This document shows, piece after piece, positions 48,442 to 59,743 of a stretch of 64,000 nt of DNA. The DNA is from a virus. Lineage: Duplodnaviria > Caudoviricetes. The stretch is taken from the IMG/VR virus record IMGVR_UViG_3300028914_000071, positions 1 to 64,000 of that record. One strand, given 5' to 3'. Both the position numbers and the translations under genes were made by a program. How positions within the stretch are numbered: the stretch's first letter is position 1; every line of letters begins with the position of its first letter. A model generated the notes under the pieces. That model saw only the letters and a program-made list of their open reading frames with translations. It did no database searches and was not told the DNA's origin.

Positions 48442-48822
48442 TTATTCCATGTAATCCAATTTCTCCCAAAGTTCCTCGGTTTCCCTTGCCATTCTCTTTA
48501 AGAAATGGCGAAGACCGTCAATTTCCCAAATCATTCCAAGGGAATCGTTGGTAACTATAACATCCCACATTTTCCATTCTTCAGGAGCATGAACGATAAA
48601 ATCCATTTTCTGTGCAACCTTAACAAAGTTGGCAAGACCTTCCTCGTCCATTTCCACAATCTGGAAGCTGCGGTCATTTGCCGTTTTAATGGCATCTTCT
48701 ACCACTTCCTGAGAAGTAGTGCCTGAAATGGCAAACTCTGCCACCTTGCCGTATTCGTCGTAGTCGTAGTTTCCATCTCTGTCAAAAACTTCCTTGTCTG
48801 CGTAAACCTTAAATCTGAACAT
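48442..48822 (-). CDS. hypothetical protein
   Basis: SD AGGAGG, promoter. Confidence 0.82.
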   Translation of the reverse strand: MFRFKVYADKEVFDRDGNYDYDEYGKVAEFAISGTTSQEVVEDAIKTANDRSFQIVEMDEEGLANFVKVAQKMDFIVHAPEEWKMWDVIVTNDSLGMIWEIDGLRHFLKRMARETEELWEKLDYME

Positions 48823-48999
48823 AATTATAGACCTCCTATTGGTAGTTGTTTCCTTGAGGAGTTTACCTCCTCCTTACATTATCTATTATACACCATTACA
48901 AGGGATTTGTCAACACTTTTACCTACCAAAGATTACGGGTATATTTTGTTTAAAATGCACAAAGAGTTTTCAACACAAGTTATTATCATTTTTACAAAA

Positions 49000-49155
49000 A
49001 TTTTCCTTACCATTTTTCTTACATTTATTGTATAAATTTCCCTTACCATTTTTCTTACATTTATTGTATAAATTTTCCACGGTACTGTTTTTACTTTTAT
49101 GTAAAATTTTTCCACGGTACTTTATTTTACATTTTTGTCAAAAGTTTCCACGGTG
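49000..49155. repeat. tandem 36-bp repeat and TTCCACGGT x3
   Basis: CCTTACCATTTTTCTTACATTTATTGTATAAATTT twice. Confidence 0.8.
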
Positions 49156-49476
49156 ACTGCCATTGGCAACGGATTAACATTTTTACCAAAATCTGGAAAA
49201 TCGCCCGGGCAACTTTCCATATATTACCAAAAGATTTATTTTACCATTTCGCGGCAAGATTGTAAAAATTTTACAAATAAACATTTTTCTCCATTATTAT
49301 TTAATTATAATAATTATAACATAATCTTTTATAATTGTAAATATCTTCATTTTAATACCATAAAATGTTTTCACATAACTTTCACAAAACTATCACATTT
49401 CTATCACATAAGAATAGTATAATAAAGACAATGAAAACAACAACCCACTCGGGCAATTTGGAAAGGAATGGTATTT

Positions 49477-49938
49477 ATGAATATCTACAAAGAAATGGAA
49501 AAAAATGAGTATCTGGCAAGATATAGAAAACTTGTCTATACTAAGCATCAAATCTATGGTTTTCCTTTTGAGGGAAATATTTACACCTATTTTACTGAAG
49601 ATGAATATTTTGACTACTATCTTAACACAAACTCCGAAACTAAAACAAAAACTCTTGACTGGCGACCAACTAAGAAGTCAATCAACAGAATGTTAGAAAA
49701 AGCGACAATTCTTTGTACTGAAGAAGAATTTAAAGCAAAATATTGCTATAGTAACAACGGAAGAACATTAGAACGCTTACTGTATGAAAAGTTACTTAAT
49801 CAGACTTATGTTCCTGATACAATACGATTTGACCAAGGCGCAGACATTACGATAGATAATGTACCATATAGTGTAAAATATCTTCGTGGTAGACTATCTG
49901 ATGAAAAAACTATAGAAACTGCAGAAAATGACAAATAA
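49477..49938 (+). CDS. possible PD-(D/E)XK nuclease-like protein
   Basis: NNGRTLE...GADITID...YSVKY; own promoter and terminator; lone + strand gene. Confidence 0.5.
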   Translation: MNIYKEMEKNEYLARYRKLVYTKHQIYGFPFEGNIYTYFTEDEYFDYYLNTNSETKTKTLDWRPTKKSINRMLEKATILCTEEEFKAKYCYSNNGRTLERLLYEKLLNQTYVPDTIRFDQGADITIDNVPYSVKYLRGRLSDEKTIETAENDK

Positions 49939-50168
49939 TTTAACTTCTCGTCGCCAAGAGATTGGCGGCGACCTTTTTATGTTATAACTGTTATATTATG
50001 GTAATCGCGGCGAAATTACCAAAAACCTTAACTATTTACTTTTTTGGAAATGTATGGTATAATAATTACAGAAAGTAAAAAATACCAAAGTAATGCTGCT
50101 GTAGGAAAATTTTCCAAAAATAGACAGCTTACATATTTTTCCATTTTTGGAAAATTTTTCCACCATTT

Positions 50169-50420
50169 GCAGCTCCCATCTTCTTCCATAATTACCAAAT
50201 TTTACCAGTGGAATGTAGCTCCCATCTTCTTCTATAAATGGTAAAATTTGGCAAACGCAGCTCCCATCTTCTTCCATAAATGGAAAATTTTACCACCGGA
50301 ACGTAGCTCCCATCTTCTTCCATAAATGGTAAAATTTGGAAGCGCAGCTCCCATATCCTTACATATATGGAAAATTATGGCAAACGCAGCTCCTAGAACC
50401 TTCCATTTATGGAAAATTCT
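50169..50420. repeat. six 41-46-bp direct repeats G(C/T)AGCTCCCATCTTCTTCCATAAATGG
   Basis: Direct inspection; last two copies degenerate. Confidence 0.88.
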
Positions 50421-50730
50421 GGAGGAAACTGGAAAAATCTGGAAAATCGCCCGGGCAATTTTCCAAGATTTTCCATGGTAAATACTGGAAAATTGCCCGA
50501 CCCGGAAAATTTTTCCATGGAAGAAATTGGAAAATATGTCAGAATTTTCCATGGTAAATTTTACCAAAAAATGTGAAAAATTTACAGAGCTGGAAAAATT
50601 TTCCATAACTGTCAAAAACTGGAAAAATAATGAATAATTTTCCATTGGAAAATTTTTACAGAAAATGTCAGAATTTTCCATGGAAAAATCCGGCAGAAAA
50701 TGGTAAATTTTTCCATGGAAAAGGCTGGAA

Positions 50731-50947
50731 AATTGAACTCCATAAAATTCCAATTGAACTGGAAAAAACGGAAATTGAACTTCCGGAATTACCAATTGAA
50801 CTGGAAAAAACGGAAATTGAACTGGAATTTTTCGGAATTGAACTTTTACCGGAATTACCATTTTGAACTGGAAAAAACGGAAAAAGTTCAATTCATAATT
50901 TTTCCAAATTGAACTTAAAATTGAACTCAACACTTTTGGTTCAATTT
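50731..50947. repeat. AATTGAACT iteron-like repeats
   Basis: Copies at 50731, 50752, 50773, 50794, 50815, 50836 (exact 21-bp period) plus further direct and inverted copies. Confidence 0.88.
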
Positions 50948-51179
50948 GTTGATTATTAAACACTTGTATTTTAAAGTGTCGTTTATGCAACACTTAAATG
51001 ATTAAGTGTCTATTATCTATGATACAAATAAAATACAAATTATTTACACAACATAAACCGAAAAAATGTTGATTTATAATAGAATGAATAATTATGCGTA
51101 AAATGCATATTTATTCAATTTATCCCGTGAAAAATAATCAACACAAATCAAATAAATGTTGATGTTTTTATATATGCTT

Positions 51180-51283
51180 TTAAAACGTTCTGTAATGCGT
51201 TTTAAGGCGTGTGTATTTTTACCCTATAGTTTATACTACTAACATATCAGACGGCGCTTAAAACGCATTACAGAACGTTTTAA
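51180..51283. repeat. perfect 27-bp inverted repeat with 50-bp spacer
   Basis: TTAAAACGTTCTGTAATGCGTTTTAAG at 51180-51206; reverse complement at 51257-51283. Confidence 0.92.
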
Positions 51284-51336
51284 GGGCATTTAAAAACGGA
51301 TTTAAAAATATATCAGTAATCAGAAAAAGATAAATA

Positions 51337-51386
51337 AAAAATCCGTTTTGATTTTTCGGTATTAAACCAAATCAAAACGGATTTTT
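51337..51386. repeat. 18-bp inverted repeat
   Basis: AAAAATCCGTTTTGATTT / AAATCAAAACGGATTTTT. Confidence 0.85.
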
Positions 51387-51405
51387 AAAACCTGCTATTT
51401 AAATT

Positions 51406-51693
51406 TTAGACTTTTAAATTATAAATTGTGACTCTAACCTTGATGTTATTTTCTTTGTTTATTATAGTTTCGGTATAGTCTTCAAATGTAAAGCGCTTAT
51501 AAATATAACCTCTTAAAACACATCTTTTTCCGATGTTGTTAATATCAATTTCAAGTTTTCCAGTATACTTGTTAGGAATCATTCTGTTTTCACCGACGTG
51601 GATGTGTTTTGAAGGGTTCTTAGTGTTGATAAAATCAATAGTTTCGTGGATGTCATCACCGCAAAAAAAAGATGTTAAAATGGCTTTAATCAT
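51406..51693 (-). CDS. hypothetical protein
   Basis: ATG after GAGGT. Confidence 0.75.
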   Translation of the reverse strand: MIKAILTSFFCGDDIHETIDFINTKNPSKHIHVGENRMIPNKYTGKLEIDINNIGKRCVLRGYIYKRFTFEDYTETIINKENNIKVRVTIYNLKV

Positions 51694-51787
51694 AATAAAT
51701 ACCTCTTTCTTTTAATTGGTTTTTCAAGTGCTATTCAGAACGAATAACACTTGAAAAACGCTTGTTTTCGTTGTTTATGAGTAATTA

Positions 51788-52312
51788 TTAAAACATGTAT
51801 GTGTTATAAAGTTCTTTGATTTTTTCGGAATTTTCAAGTAAAATTGATGCATTATCAAAATACTTAATCTGATATTCCTTAAAATCACCGTTTTCGGAAT
51901 GTTTGATATTGTTATCATGCCACTCCAGTCCGTTATACTCAAATATCATTTTTTCACTTGCTTTTCCGTTATTGGCAAGTTCTTTTGAGTATGCTTTAAA
52001 TGTTTCCAGTGTACCGATTTTTATATCGTTTTCTGTATTCCATTTTTTAATATCTTTCACGCCTAACCTTAAACGTAAACACGGTATACCGTCTGATGAA
52101 AAACCACTGTAAAGTGCTAAGTGTTCATCGTTAAAGTTCATCTCATGCATGAAAACATCGGTTTTTGTTGTGTAAACAATAAGCATTTTCTGTGAGTAAA
52201 GTTCAGAAAAATAAGCGTCTAAGTATTTTCCGATATACTCAGTATTTTCGTTTGTGCGTTCATTGTTTCTGAATTTAATTTTAAATTCAGACGTTTTAAA
52301 AATTATATCCAT
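51788..52312 (-). CDS. hypothetical protein
   Basis: ATG after GGAGG. Confidence 0.8.
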   Translation of the reverse strand: MDIIFKTSEFKIKFRNNERTNENTEYIGKYLDAYFSELYSQKMLIVYTTKTDVFMHEMNFNDEHLALYSGFSSDGIPCLRLRLGVKDIKKWNTENDIKIGTLETFKAYSKELANNGKASEKMIFEYNGLEWHDNNIKHSENGDFKEYQIKYFDNASILLENSEKIKELYNTYMF

Positions 52313-52654
52313 ATTAACCTCCGTCTGTGTTTTTACAACCTTATCACCCGTTTTCGTGTTGTGTATTAAATTTTCTAAATCTATAATACCACATTAAAAA
52401 TATAATTGCAATACCTTTTTTAAAATCCGAACTGTTAAAGTTTTACCGATTTATCCCATATGTATGCATTAATATCGCGCCGGTTTTGTTTTGTCTACTT
52501 TTTTAACGTACTCGGGGGTATGTTTGACAAAATGCCCAGAAAAATCCAAAAGGGCTGCGCCCGGTAGCAAATCCCACACACAAAAAATTTTTAAACTCGA
52601 AGGAAAAATCCTATCCCACATTTTTAACCCTAACCCTAAAAGGAGGTCATTTAT

Positions 52655-53722
52655 ATGTATAACCTAAACACTAATCTATCCGAACGTATCGAAGCCGTTC
52701 GTACAAATCCCCCAACCACTATGGCCCAAGCTGAACAAGCAGCCAATTATCTTCTCTACGGCAAAGATTCAACTGGCCTTTCAGCCGTAGACCGCAAACT
52801 CGTTTCTCTAAAACCAAAACACGACTACTCAAAAAACACCCCTTTATCCCTAGACGAATTAACCGATTCCCCTACATTTATAGAAACACCATCGACATTC
52901 TCTCGTACAAAATATCGTGTCCCAAAACCATCTTTTAGCCGCGATGACCCGTAGAACGCCAATCTCCCTAACATTAACGACCTATGGCACTCAATTGACG
53001 CTGTATAGGCCGTACTCGAAAAAACTGACCCAACCTCAAAAAAATACTATGAGTTTAAGCACCTATTAGTTGAACTCCGCAAGGACCAATACCTGCTTCG
53101 CGACCAAGTAAAATCTCCTATTACCAAAAAACCAGACCACGCTTCAGCATGGGAGCCGTCAGTTTCTTCTCTCGATACCTGGCCTTTAAGTAACTCTATC
53201 CCCGGGGTTTTAGAAAACCCATTTCATAATGGGGTAGTGGTAGATATACCTCTCGACCCGCCACGTAATACTATCGACATGACGAACTGGAAGCACATTG
53301 CGCAAATTGGTTTTGGGTATTGGGAATTAAGGGATGAAAACAAGCCCCTAATTGACCAATTTGATAAGTATGTGAAAATGGCCGGTTTTAGTGAGCAACA
53401 AACTATTATTTGGGATGGGAAGTTGGCCGGCAAATCGAACCTTGAAATTTTAGATGATTTGGAGGCCCACGGCTATTCTCACGCCCCAAATTATATTAGT
53501 ACCATTTGGACCACTTGTTGTAAAAAGGTAGCGGCTTAGGCAGACCTAGTTTATGATGAATGGTGTTGTAAGGATTGGGATAAGGCTTGGAAGAAATGTA
53601 GTTGTTGTGGGGAATGGAAGATGAGGGATAAGAGATTGTGGCACAAGAAGAAAAAGAATGTGGATGGATGGAATGGTATTTGTAAGGATTGTGTGGAGAA
53701 GAAAAAGGAAGAAAAGAAGTAA
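52655..53722 (+). CDS. putative DNA-binding protein with HTH-like region and C-terminal Cys4 Zn finger; 3 in-frame TAG
   Basis: Open to TAA 53720 when TAG 52952, 53006, 53537 are read through; KCSCCG...ICKDC; SD AAGGAGG. Confidence 0.75.
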
Positions 53723-53825
53723 GACCCCTGTTGGCTTCGCCAACAGGCCCCACCGGGGGTCAAAAATAATTTCGCCGCGAAAGTAGTACCTAAAATCGCG
53801 GCTATATAGTAAAGGAGTGATTTAA

Positions 53826-54089
53826 ATGGAAAAGGAATTAATGGAACTAATGGTAAACGGATTTAAGATGTCCGACATCATTGGTCTTGCGAAATACGTG
53901 GGTATTGAGGGTAATGAGTTACAGGATTTAGTTAGTAAGGTTTTTATGTAGGAAACAGATGCCATATAGAACCTTATTGTTGAGACTGTATTTAGATTTA
54001 CCTTAATGAATAGGATGCAGAAAAGAAAGACCATGAAGATGTGCCGCGATATTGCAGCAGCAAACCAGGAAGTGGCAGACAATGGCTAA
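53826..54089 (+). CDS. hypothetical protein; 2 in-frame TAG
   Basis: ATG after AAGGAG; TAA overlaps the next gene start. Confidence 0.7.
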
Positions 54090-55005
54090 GAAATGTTGTA
54101 TTTGTAAAGAGGAATTGTCGGTGGCAAAATTTATTGCCACTAACAATCCTTTACTTGGCGGCTCATTACCTATTTGCCGCGATTGTATTTAGTCATACTT
54201 AAGTAAGAATAAGGATAATGAATGGAATGCCGCTAACAAACTCTGCCAGCTGGCAGACATCCCCTTTATACCTGAAGAATTTGCAAAGGTTTGGAAAGTA
54301 GACAGATGCGATGCCTTTGGTACATACGCTTCAATTTTCCGCCAAAAACAATATGAGGATTTAAGTTGGAAACAATATCAAGACTTATATATGGAACTGG
54401 AAGAAAGAGACAAATTGACTTAGGTTATCCCGGCTCTAGATGAGGATAAAAGAATTGAGCGTAAGGCTATATGGGGTCCTCAGTACGATGATGAATAGCT
54501 GGAATATTTGGATAATTTGTACTCTGGTATTCAGTCTTCTGTTAACATTGCTAATAAAATGCACGAAGACCAAATTAAGAAAGCTTGTAAGTTAGCTTTA
54601 ATAATGGAAGAAAAGCTAAGGGCCGGGGTCGAAATTGATAAGGATTTAAAAGCCTATGATACCTTATGTAAAAGTGCCGGCATTACTACTACCGAAATTA
54701 AGGACGGTAACGATTTTAACAGTTGGGGCGAAATTTGCGCCTATCTGGAGAAATTAGGATTTAAGCCTAACTATGCTAGGGGTGCTAATAACGATGAAGT
54801 TGATAAGTCCTTACGTATCATGCAGTATCAGGCTAGATACTTATATGTAAATGAGACTGGTATTGCCGACGAAATCAAAGAACGTATCGAAGCTCTTAAG
54901 GCTGCAGATAGACTTACAAATAGTGGCTTTGACTGGGATGAATACCAAGAAGCTGCCGCACAATTCGACGATATGGATGAAGAAGACTTTAAGGTTGAGG
55001 TGTAA
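54082..55005 (+). CDS. Zn-finger protein upstream of terminase (possible small terminase); 3 in-frame TAG
   Basis: CCIC...CRDC; TAG at 54190, 54421, 54496; role inferred from position. Confidence 0.7.
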
Positions 55006-55008
55006 GGT

Positions 55009-56847
55009 ATGTTAACTGTAGACTCACTTAAGATACTAACAAGGGGTATAAATAAGGATACAACTACTAAATTTTATCGCGGCGATATTTAGCTAGAAAA
55101 AGGCGCAAAAGTCGATAAGAATAAGGTTGATAAGAATTTAGACCTCTATAAAAACTACATGGAATATTTCATTAACTATCCTGATAAGTTTGTTGACCTA
55201 CTTATACCTGTTGAATCAAAGTTTAGACTTAAATTTTTCCAGCGTATGTTCTTAAGAGCATGTATTAGGTACGGACGAGTTCTTACAATAGCTCCCCGTG
55301 CCGCCGGTAAATCTTTTATTTGTATTTTGGCTTTATTGCTGATTTGTATTTTTAGACCAAAATGTACAGCGTTTATTTGTTCGCCTGGTAAAGCCCAGTC
55401 TGCAAAAATCGCACAGTAGAAACTTGGTCAGTTATTCGATATGCTGCCAATGTTAAAAGCTGAAATTGCTGTTGAAAACTATGGTACTGACTATATTAAA
55501 CTTTTATTCCGTAACAAGTCTTCTTTCGTAGTTGTTACACCTCTTAACAGTTCAAGAGGACAGCGTGCTAATATAGGTATCATAGATGAGTTCCGTGACC
55601 ACGACCCTACGGATATTGCCGAAATTATCTTGCCACTCTTAAACGTTGATAGGCCTATGATAAACGGTGATAAGAATGAAGAAGAGCCACAACAGGTACA
55701 GCTTTGGATTTCATCTGCTTCGGAAAAGAATACATTCTGTTATGATAAGACTATTGAGTTATTTGAGCAGTAGATTATTAACCCAAGTTCTACTTTCTGT
55801 TTTAGTTTTGACTATAGAATACCAGTATTAACAGGACTTTTATCTAAAGCTTACTTAAACGAATTAAAGACATCATCTACTTTTGATAGCTTAGGTTTTG
55901 CAAAGGAATATATGTCACGATTTGTTGGTACTTCAGAAGATGCATGGTTTGACTTTACTAAGCTAGAACAGGCTCGTAGAGTTGTTAACCCTGAAAATGT
56001 TGCTACATATTCGCGCGAAAGCGATAAAGACTGCTTTTATATACTCTCAACCGACTTGGCGCGAAAAGGCTGCCAATCTGTTTGTACTGTATTAAAGGTC
56101 TATCCAAGCAATGAAACTTTTAGAATGAAACTGGTAAATATCTACATTTTAGGTAGGACAGAAAGCGAGAAAGACTTTACACTTCAGGTAATCGAACAGA
56201 AACGTCTTATCGCTCAATATAATCCAAGAGCTTGCGTAATAGATATTAACGGTGTCGGTGCTCCATTTGGTGACTTAATGATTAAGGAAACTTATGATAG
56301 TAGAACCGGCATGACTTATCCACCTTACGGCTTTATGAATAGGGAAGAATACTTACCTTTACAGCCGCGTGGATGTGAAAAGATACTTTATGGTATTAAG
56401 GCTAATGCTCAGATAAATAGCGATATGCACTCTATGCTATATTCAAAGATTTATTCGGGTCAGTTAAAGTTCTTAATCTCAGAACAGCAAGCTAAGAATA
56501 AACTTATTTCTACAATTAAAGGAGCTAGAATGTCTCCGGAAGAATAGAACAAACGTTTACAGCCGCACATTTTAACTACTATCCTTTTAAAAGAAATACT
56601 CAATTTAAAGATTCGCGCGACAGGTGTAAGTAACCAAATCGCAGTAGAACAAATCAATACTAGAGTATTAAAGGATAAATTCTCCGCCCTTGAAATGGGT
56701 GTGTATTATGTTGTTTAGCTTGAACAGGAAAACTTAGCTAAACGTAGAAATCGCGGCTTAGGTAATGGTTCTGCCGGACGTAGTTTAGTATTCGCTTCTC
56801 GTGGTAGGGGCGGTTGTGGAGGCAATAAAAATAGAAGAAGGAGGTGA
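55009..56847 (+). CDS. terL: terminase large subunit (612 aa); 5 in-frame TAG
   Basis: Walker A APRAAGKS, Walker B GIIDE, nuclease ILSTDLA and KDKFSALE; TAG at 55090, 55417, 55771, 56545, 56716. Confidence 0.9.
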
Positions 56848-56852
56848 TAAGG

Positions 56853-58403
56853 TTGGATTTAAATAAAGGACCAGAGTTAAGTCTGGACGCTAAGTAGCTT
56901 GAAGAATTAAGAGGAAAAAGAACTGATATATTCAAAAGCGTTATCAGAGATATGATTGCTAAAAATGATGCCGCCTATGAAAAGCTTAAAGGCAGAGAAT
57001 CAACTAAAAGACATTTATCTCATGAATATACCCCGGAAGAAATTGATAGAATCGTTAAAGAAGGTACAGCAATAGAGAAATGTAAATTATCAAGACACTT
57101 CTTTGATATAAGCGGTTTATATAAAAGAATTATCATTCACTACTCAACTTTCTTAACTTATTCATGGCTTCTTATCCCTCATGCAAAAGGTTTTAAAGGC
57201 AAGCTTTCTGAAAAGACTAATCAAAAGTCTTATTACGAAGCCGCAGAGTTCTGCTCGAATTTTGACATAGAAGATAAATGTACAAAGTTCGCAACAAGAG
57301 TATTAGTTGATGGCGGCTATTATGGTATTATCCATGATAATCCGGAAGGTATTGCAATACAGACACTACCTTTTGAATATTGCCGCAGCAGATTTAAAAA
57401 TCGGCAAGACGTTGATGTTATTGAATTCGACCTAAGATTTTTCGATAAAGAAATTAGTGACGATAAACTTCGCCGCGAAATTTTGAAAGCATATCCTACT
57501 GAGGTACAGAAAGGATATAAGAAATATAAGAGGGAGGGTCAAAATGCTGACCCGTGGATGTTTATTTCTGAAAAGGTTGGTATTTACTTCTGCTATATAA
57601 AAGAAACACCATTCTTCTTAGATTTAATTCCTCTGATTGATGACTTAGAAGATTACAGGGACATCAACAAACAAAGAAACTTACTTTCACTAAAGAGAAT
57701 CGTAACACAAGAAATTCCACACGATGGTCTTAACTTACTTTTTGAGCCAGATGAAGCACTTGAAATTCACGAGGGTGTAGTTGAAATGCTTTCTGAAAGC
57801 CCGGATACTGATGTTATTACATCTTATGGTAAGGTTGGTTTATTAGACCTTAGCGGCGAGCAGGCAGATAGAACTGACGTTGAATAGGCTCAACAATTAG
57901 TCTATGATGCCGCTGGTGTATCAAAGGAACTCTTTAGTGCGTCAACACCATCAGGCTTAGAAATGTCTCTTAATAATGACTTATCTATGATGATGATTTT
58001 AGGTAGACAACTTGCTCATTTCTTTAGTGTTCTCATGAACAATAAATTTGGAAATAAGAAAATATCTTTTAATTTTGTAATACTTCCTGTAAGTTACTAC
58101 AATATAGAAGAATACACATCAAAAGCCAAAGACTTAGCAGCGTTTGGTTATGTATTTCTTACTCCGGTTGCGGCTTCGGGTGTTAACCAAGTTAATCTTA
58201 GTGACCTTAAGAGTTTAGAAAATGATGTGCTTGATTTAGACGAAGTGCTTAAACCTCTCCAGTCTGCGTATACACAGTCCGGTAAAACAAACGCCGTTAC
58301 TGCTTAGGCTACGAAGGATGCTAATAAATCTGCTACTGCAAGCTCTTCAAGTTCATCGGAAAGTAAGACAACGACTAGCGAGACAAGCAAACAATCAAAT
58401 TAA
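56853..58403 (+). CDS. portal protein (516 aa); 3 in-frame TAG
   Basis: TTG after GAGGTG; follows terL; TAG at 56895, 57885, 58305; product inferred from position and size. Confidence 0.78.
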
Positions 58404-58423
58404 AAAGGTGGTGAGAATAAAAC

Positions 58424-59743
58424 ATGAGCGTGAAAATTCCTAGAGAAATAGAAGTATCTCTTTATTCCAAACCGGAAAAAGTGACCGCTACACTGTCAAA
58501 ATGCAGAGGACGCTTTTTTTATAGAGGAATGAATCGAAATCGTACATATATAACGGACGACTTTGCGAGACAACTTATTGAGTCTTTACCTTATGCTCCA
58601 ATTAAAGGTATTTTTAATATGGATGAATTAGATTTTGAAGACCATGGTTACACAAATTCGGACGGTAAGATTTATGGTATTGTTCCTGAGAATCCAAACT
58701 TTGCGTGGGAAAAACACATAGACAAAGATGGAATAGAGAGAGAATACGCATGTTCTGACGTTATTCTTTTTACTGCCCTCTATCCAGAAGCCAGTTTAAT
58801 TCCTAGCAAACCTCAATCAATGGAAATTTATTCTAAAGACCTTGAAGGAGAGTGGATGATTTCTGAGGAAGACGGAGAACCGTATTTCCTTTTTAAAAAG
58901 GGAAGACTACTTGGCTTATAGGTACTTGGTGACGAAGTTGAGCCGTGTTTTGAAGGAGCGGCTTTCTTCGAACTGAGAAAAAGAGCCAGAGACTTATATC
59001 ACTATTTTGAGGAGGAGAGTAAGAAGATGGAAAATGAAAACAAAGTTCCAGTTGAAAACACTGTAACTCCTGAAGCTCCAGCAGTTACAGAAACACCAAC
59101 AACTGAAAATACAGTAGCTACACCAGAAGCACCAGCAGCAACTGAAACACCAGTTGTAGAGCCGGAAGCTCCAGTAGAAAATACAGTAGTTACACCAGAA
59201 GCTCCTGCTGAAGAACCAGCGGTTGCAACACCAGAAGCTCCTGTTGAAGATTTCGCGGCTAAGTATGAAGCACTTGTTGCTGAATTTGAAACTGCTAAGA
59301 CAGATTTCGCCGCAAAAATGGAAGAATTAAATTCTAAGCTTGCAGAAGCTGAAGAAAAGATTAATTCATTCTCTACAACAATCGAGGAAAAAGAAGCTGA
59401 AATTGTTAGACTCAATTCAGCACTTTCCGACATAAATAATGAAAAGTCAGATTTAGAGTCTTATAAGAAGACTGTAGAAACAGAAGAAAAGAACAAAATA
59501 ATTGATGAATTCTCAGCTAGTCTCTCAGCAGAGCAGATTGCAGAATTTACCGAAAAAATGGCTGATTATTCTGTAGAAGACTTTAGAAAAGAGTTATGCT
59601 TCGCAGCATATAGCTCAGGTGCTACATTCGGCAAGACAGAAGAACCAACACTCATTTATAAGAATGAAGGTTCAAAGGGTGAAATTGATGCCGTATGTGC
59701 CCTTATTGAAAATCACATGAAAAAAGAAGGAGGTAATAAATAA
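58424..59743 (+). CDS. prohead protease/scaffold protein (439 aa); 1 in-frame TAG
   Basis: LLGL*VLGDEVEPCFEG read-through at 58919; PEAP-repeat and coiled-coil scaffold-like half. Confidence 0.75.

Larger units (their letters stand above)
27095..50460. repeat. dispersed GCCCGGGC-centred palindromic intergenic linkers (about 29 copies)
   Basis: Nearly every terminator-promoter gap holds TGGNAAA..GCCCGGGC..TTTNCCA; none seen in 1-26 kb or after 50.5 kb. Confidence 0.92.

Noticed and set aside
27095-50460. CRISPR array interpretation of the recurring linkers or of the 36-bp repeat at 46365
   Set aside because: The linkers are degenerate and separated by whole genes, the 36-bp repeats have no spacers, and no cas gene is present.
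26700-50500. Classical integron or IS element
   Set aside because: No tyrosine or serine recombinase or transposase motif is visible, and each unit has its own promoter, unlike typical attC cassettes; kept only as an analogy.
50032-50993. 253-aa and overlapping ORFs in the repeat region
   Set aside because: Their translations merely mirror DNA repeats; no expression signals.
59002-59433. 143-aa antisense ORF, and similar shadow ORFs such as 4714-4983, 32606-33202 and 61407-61799
   Set aside because: They are shadows of codon-biased or repetitive real genes and have no SD.
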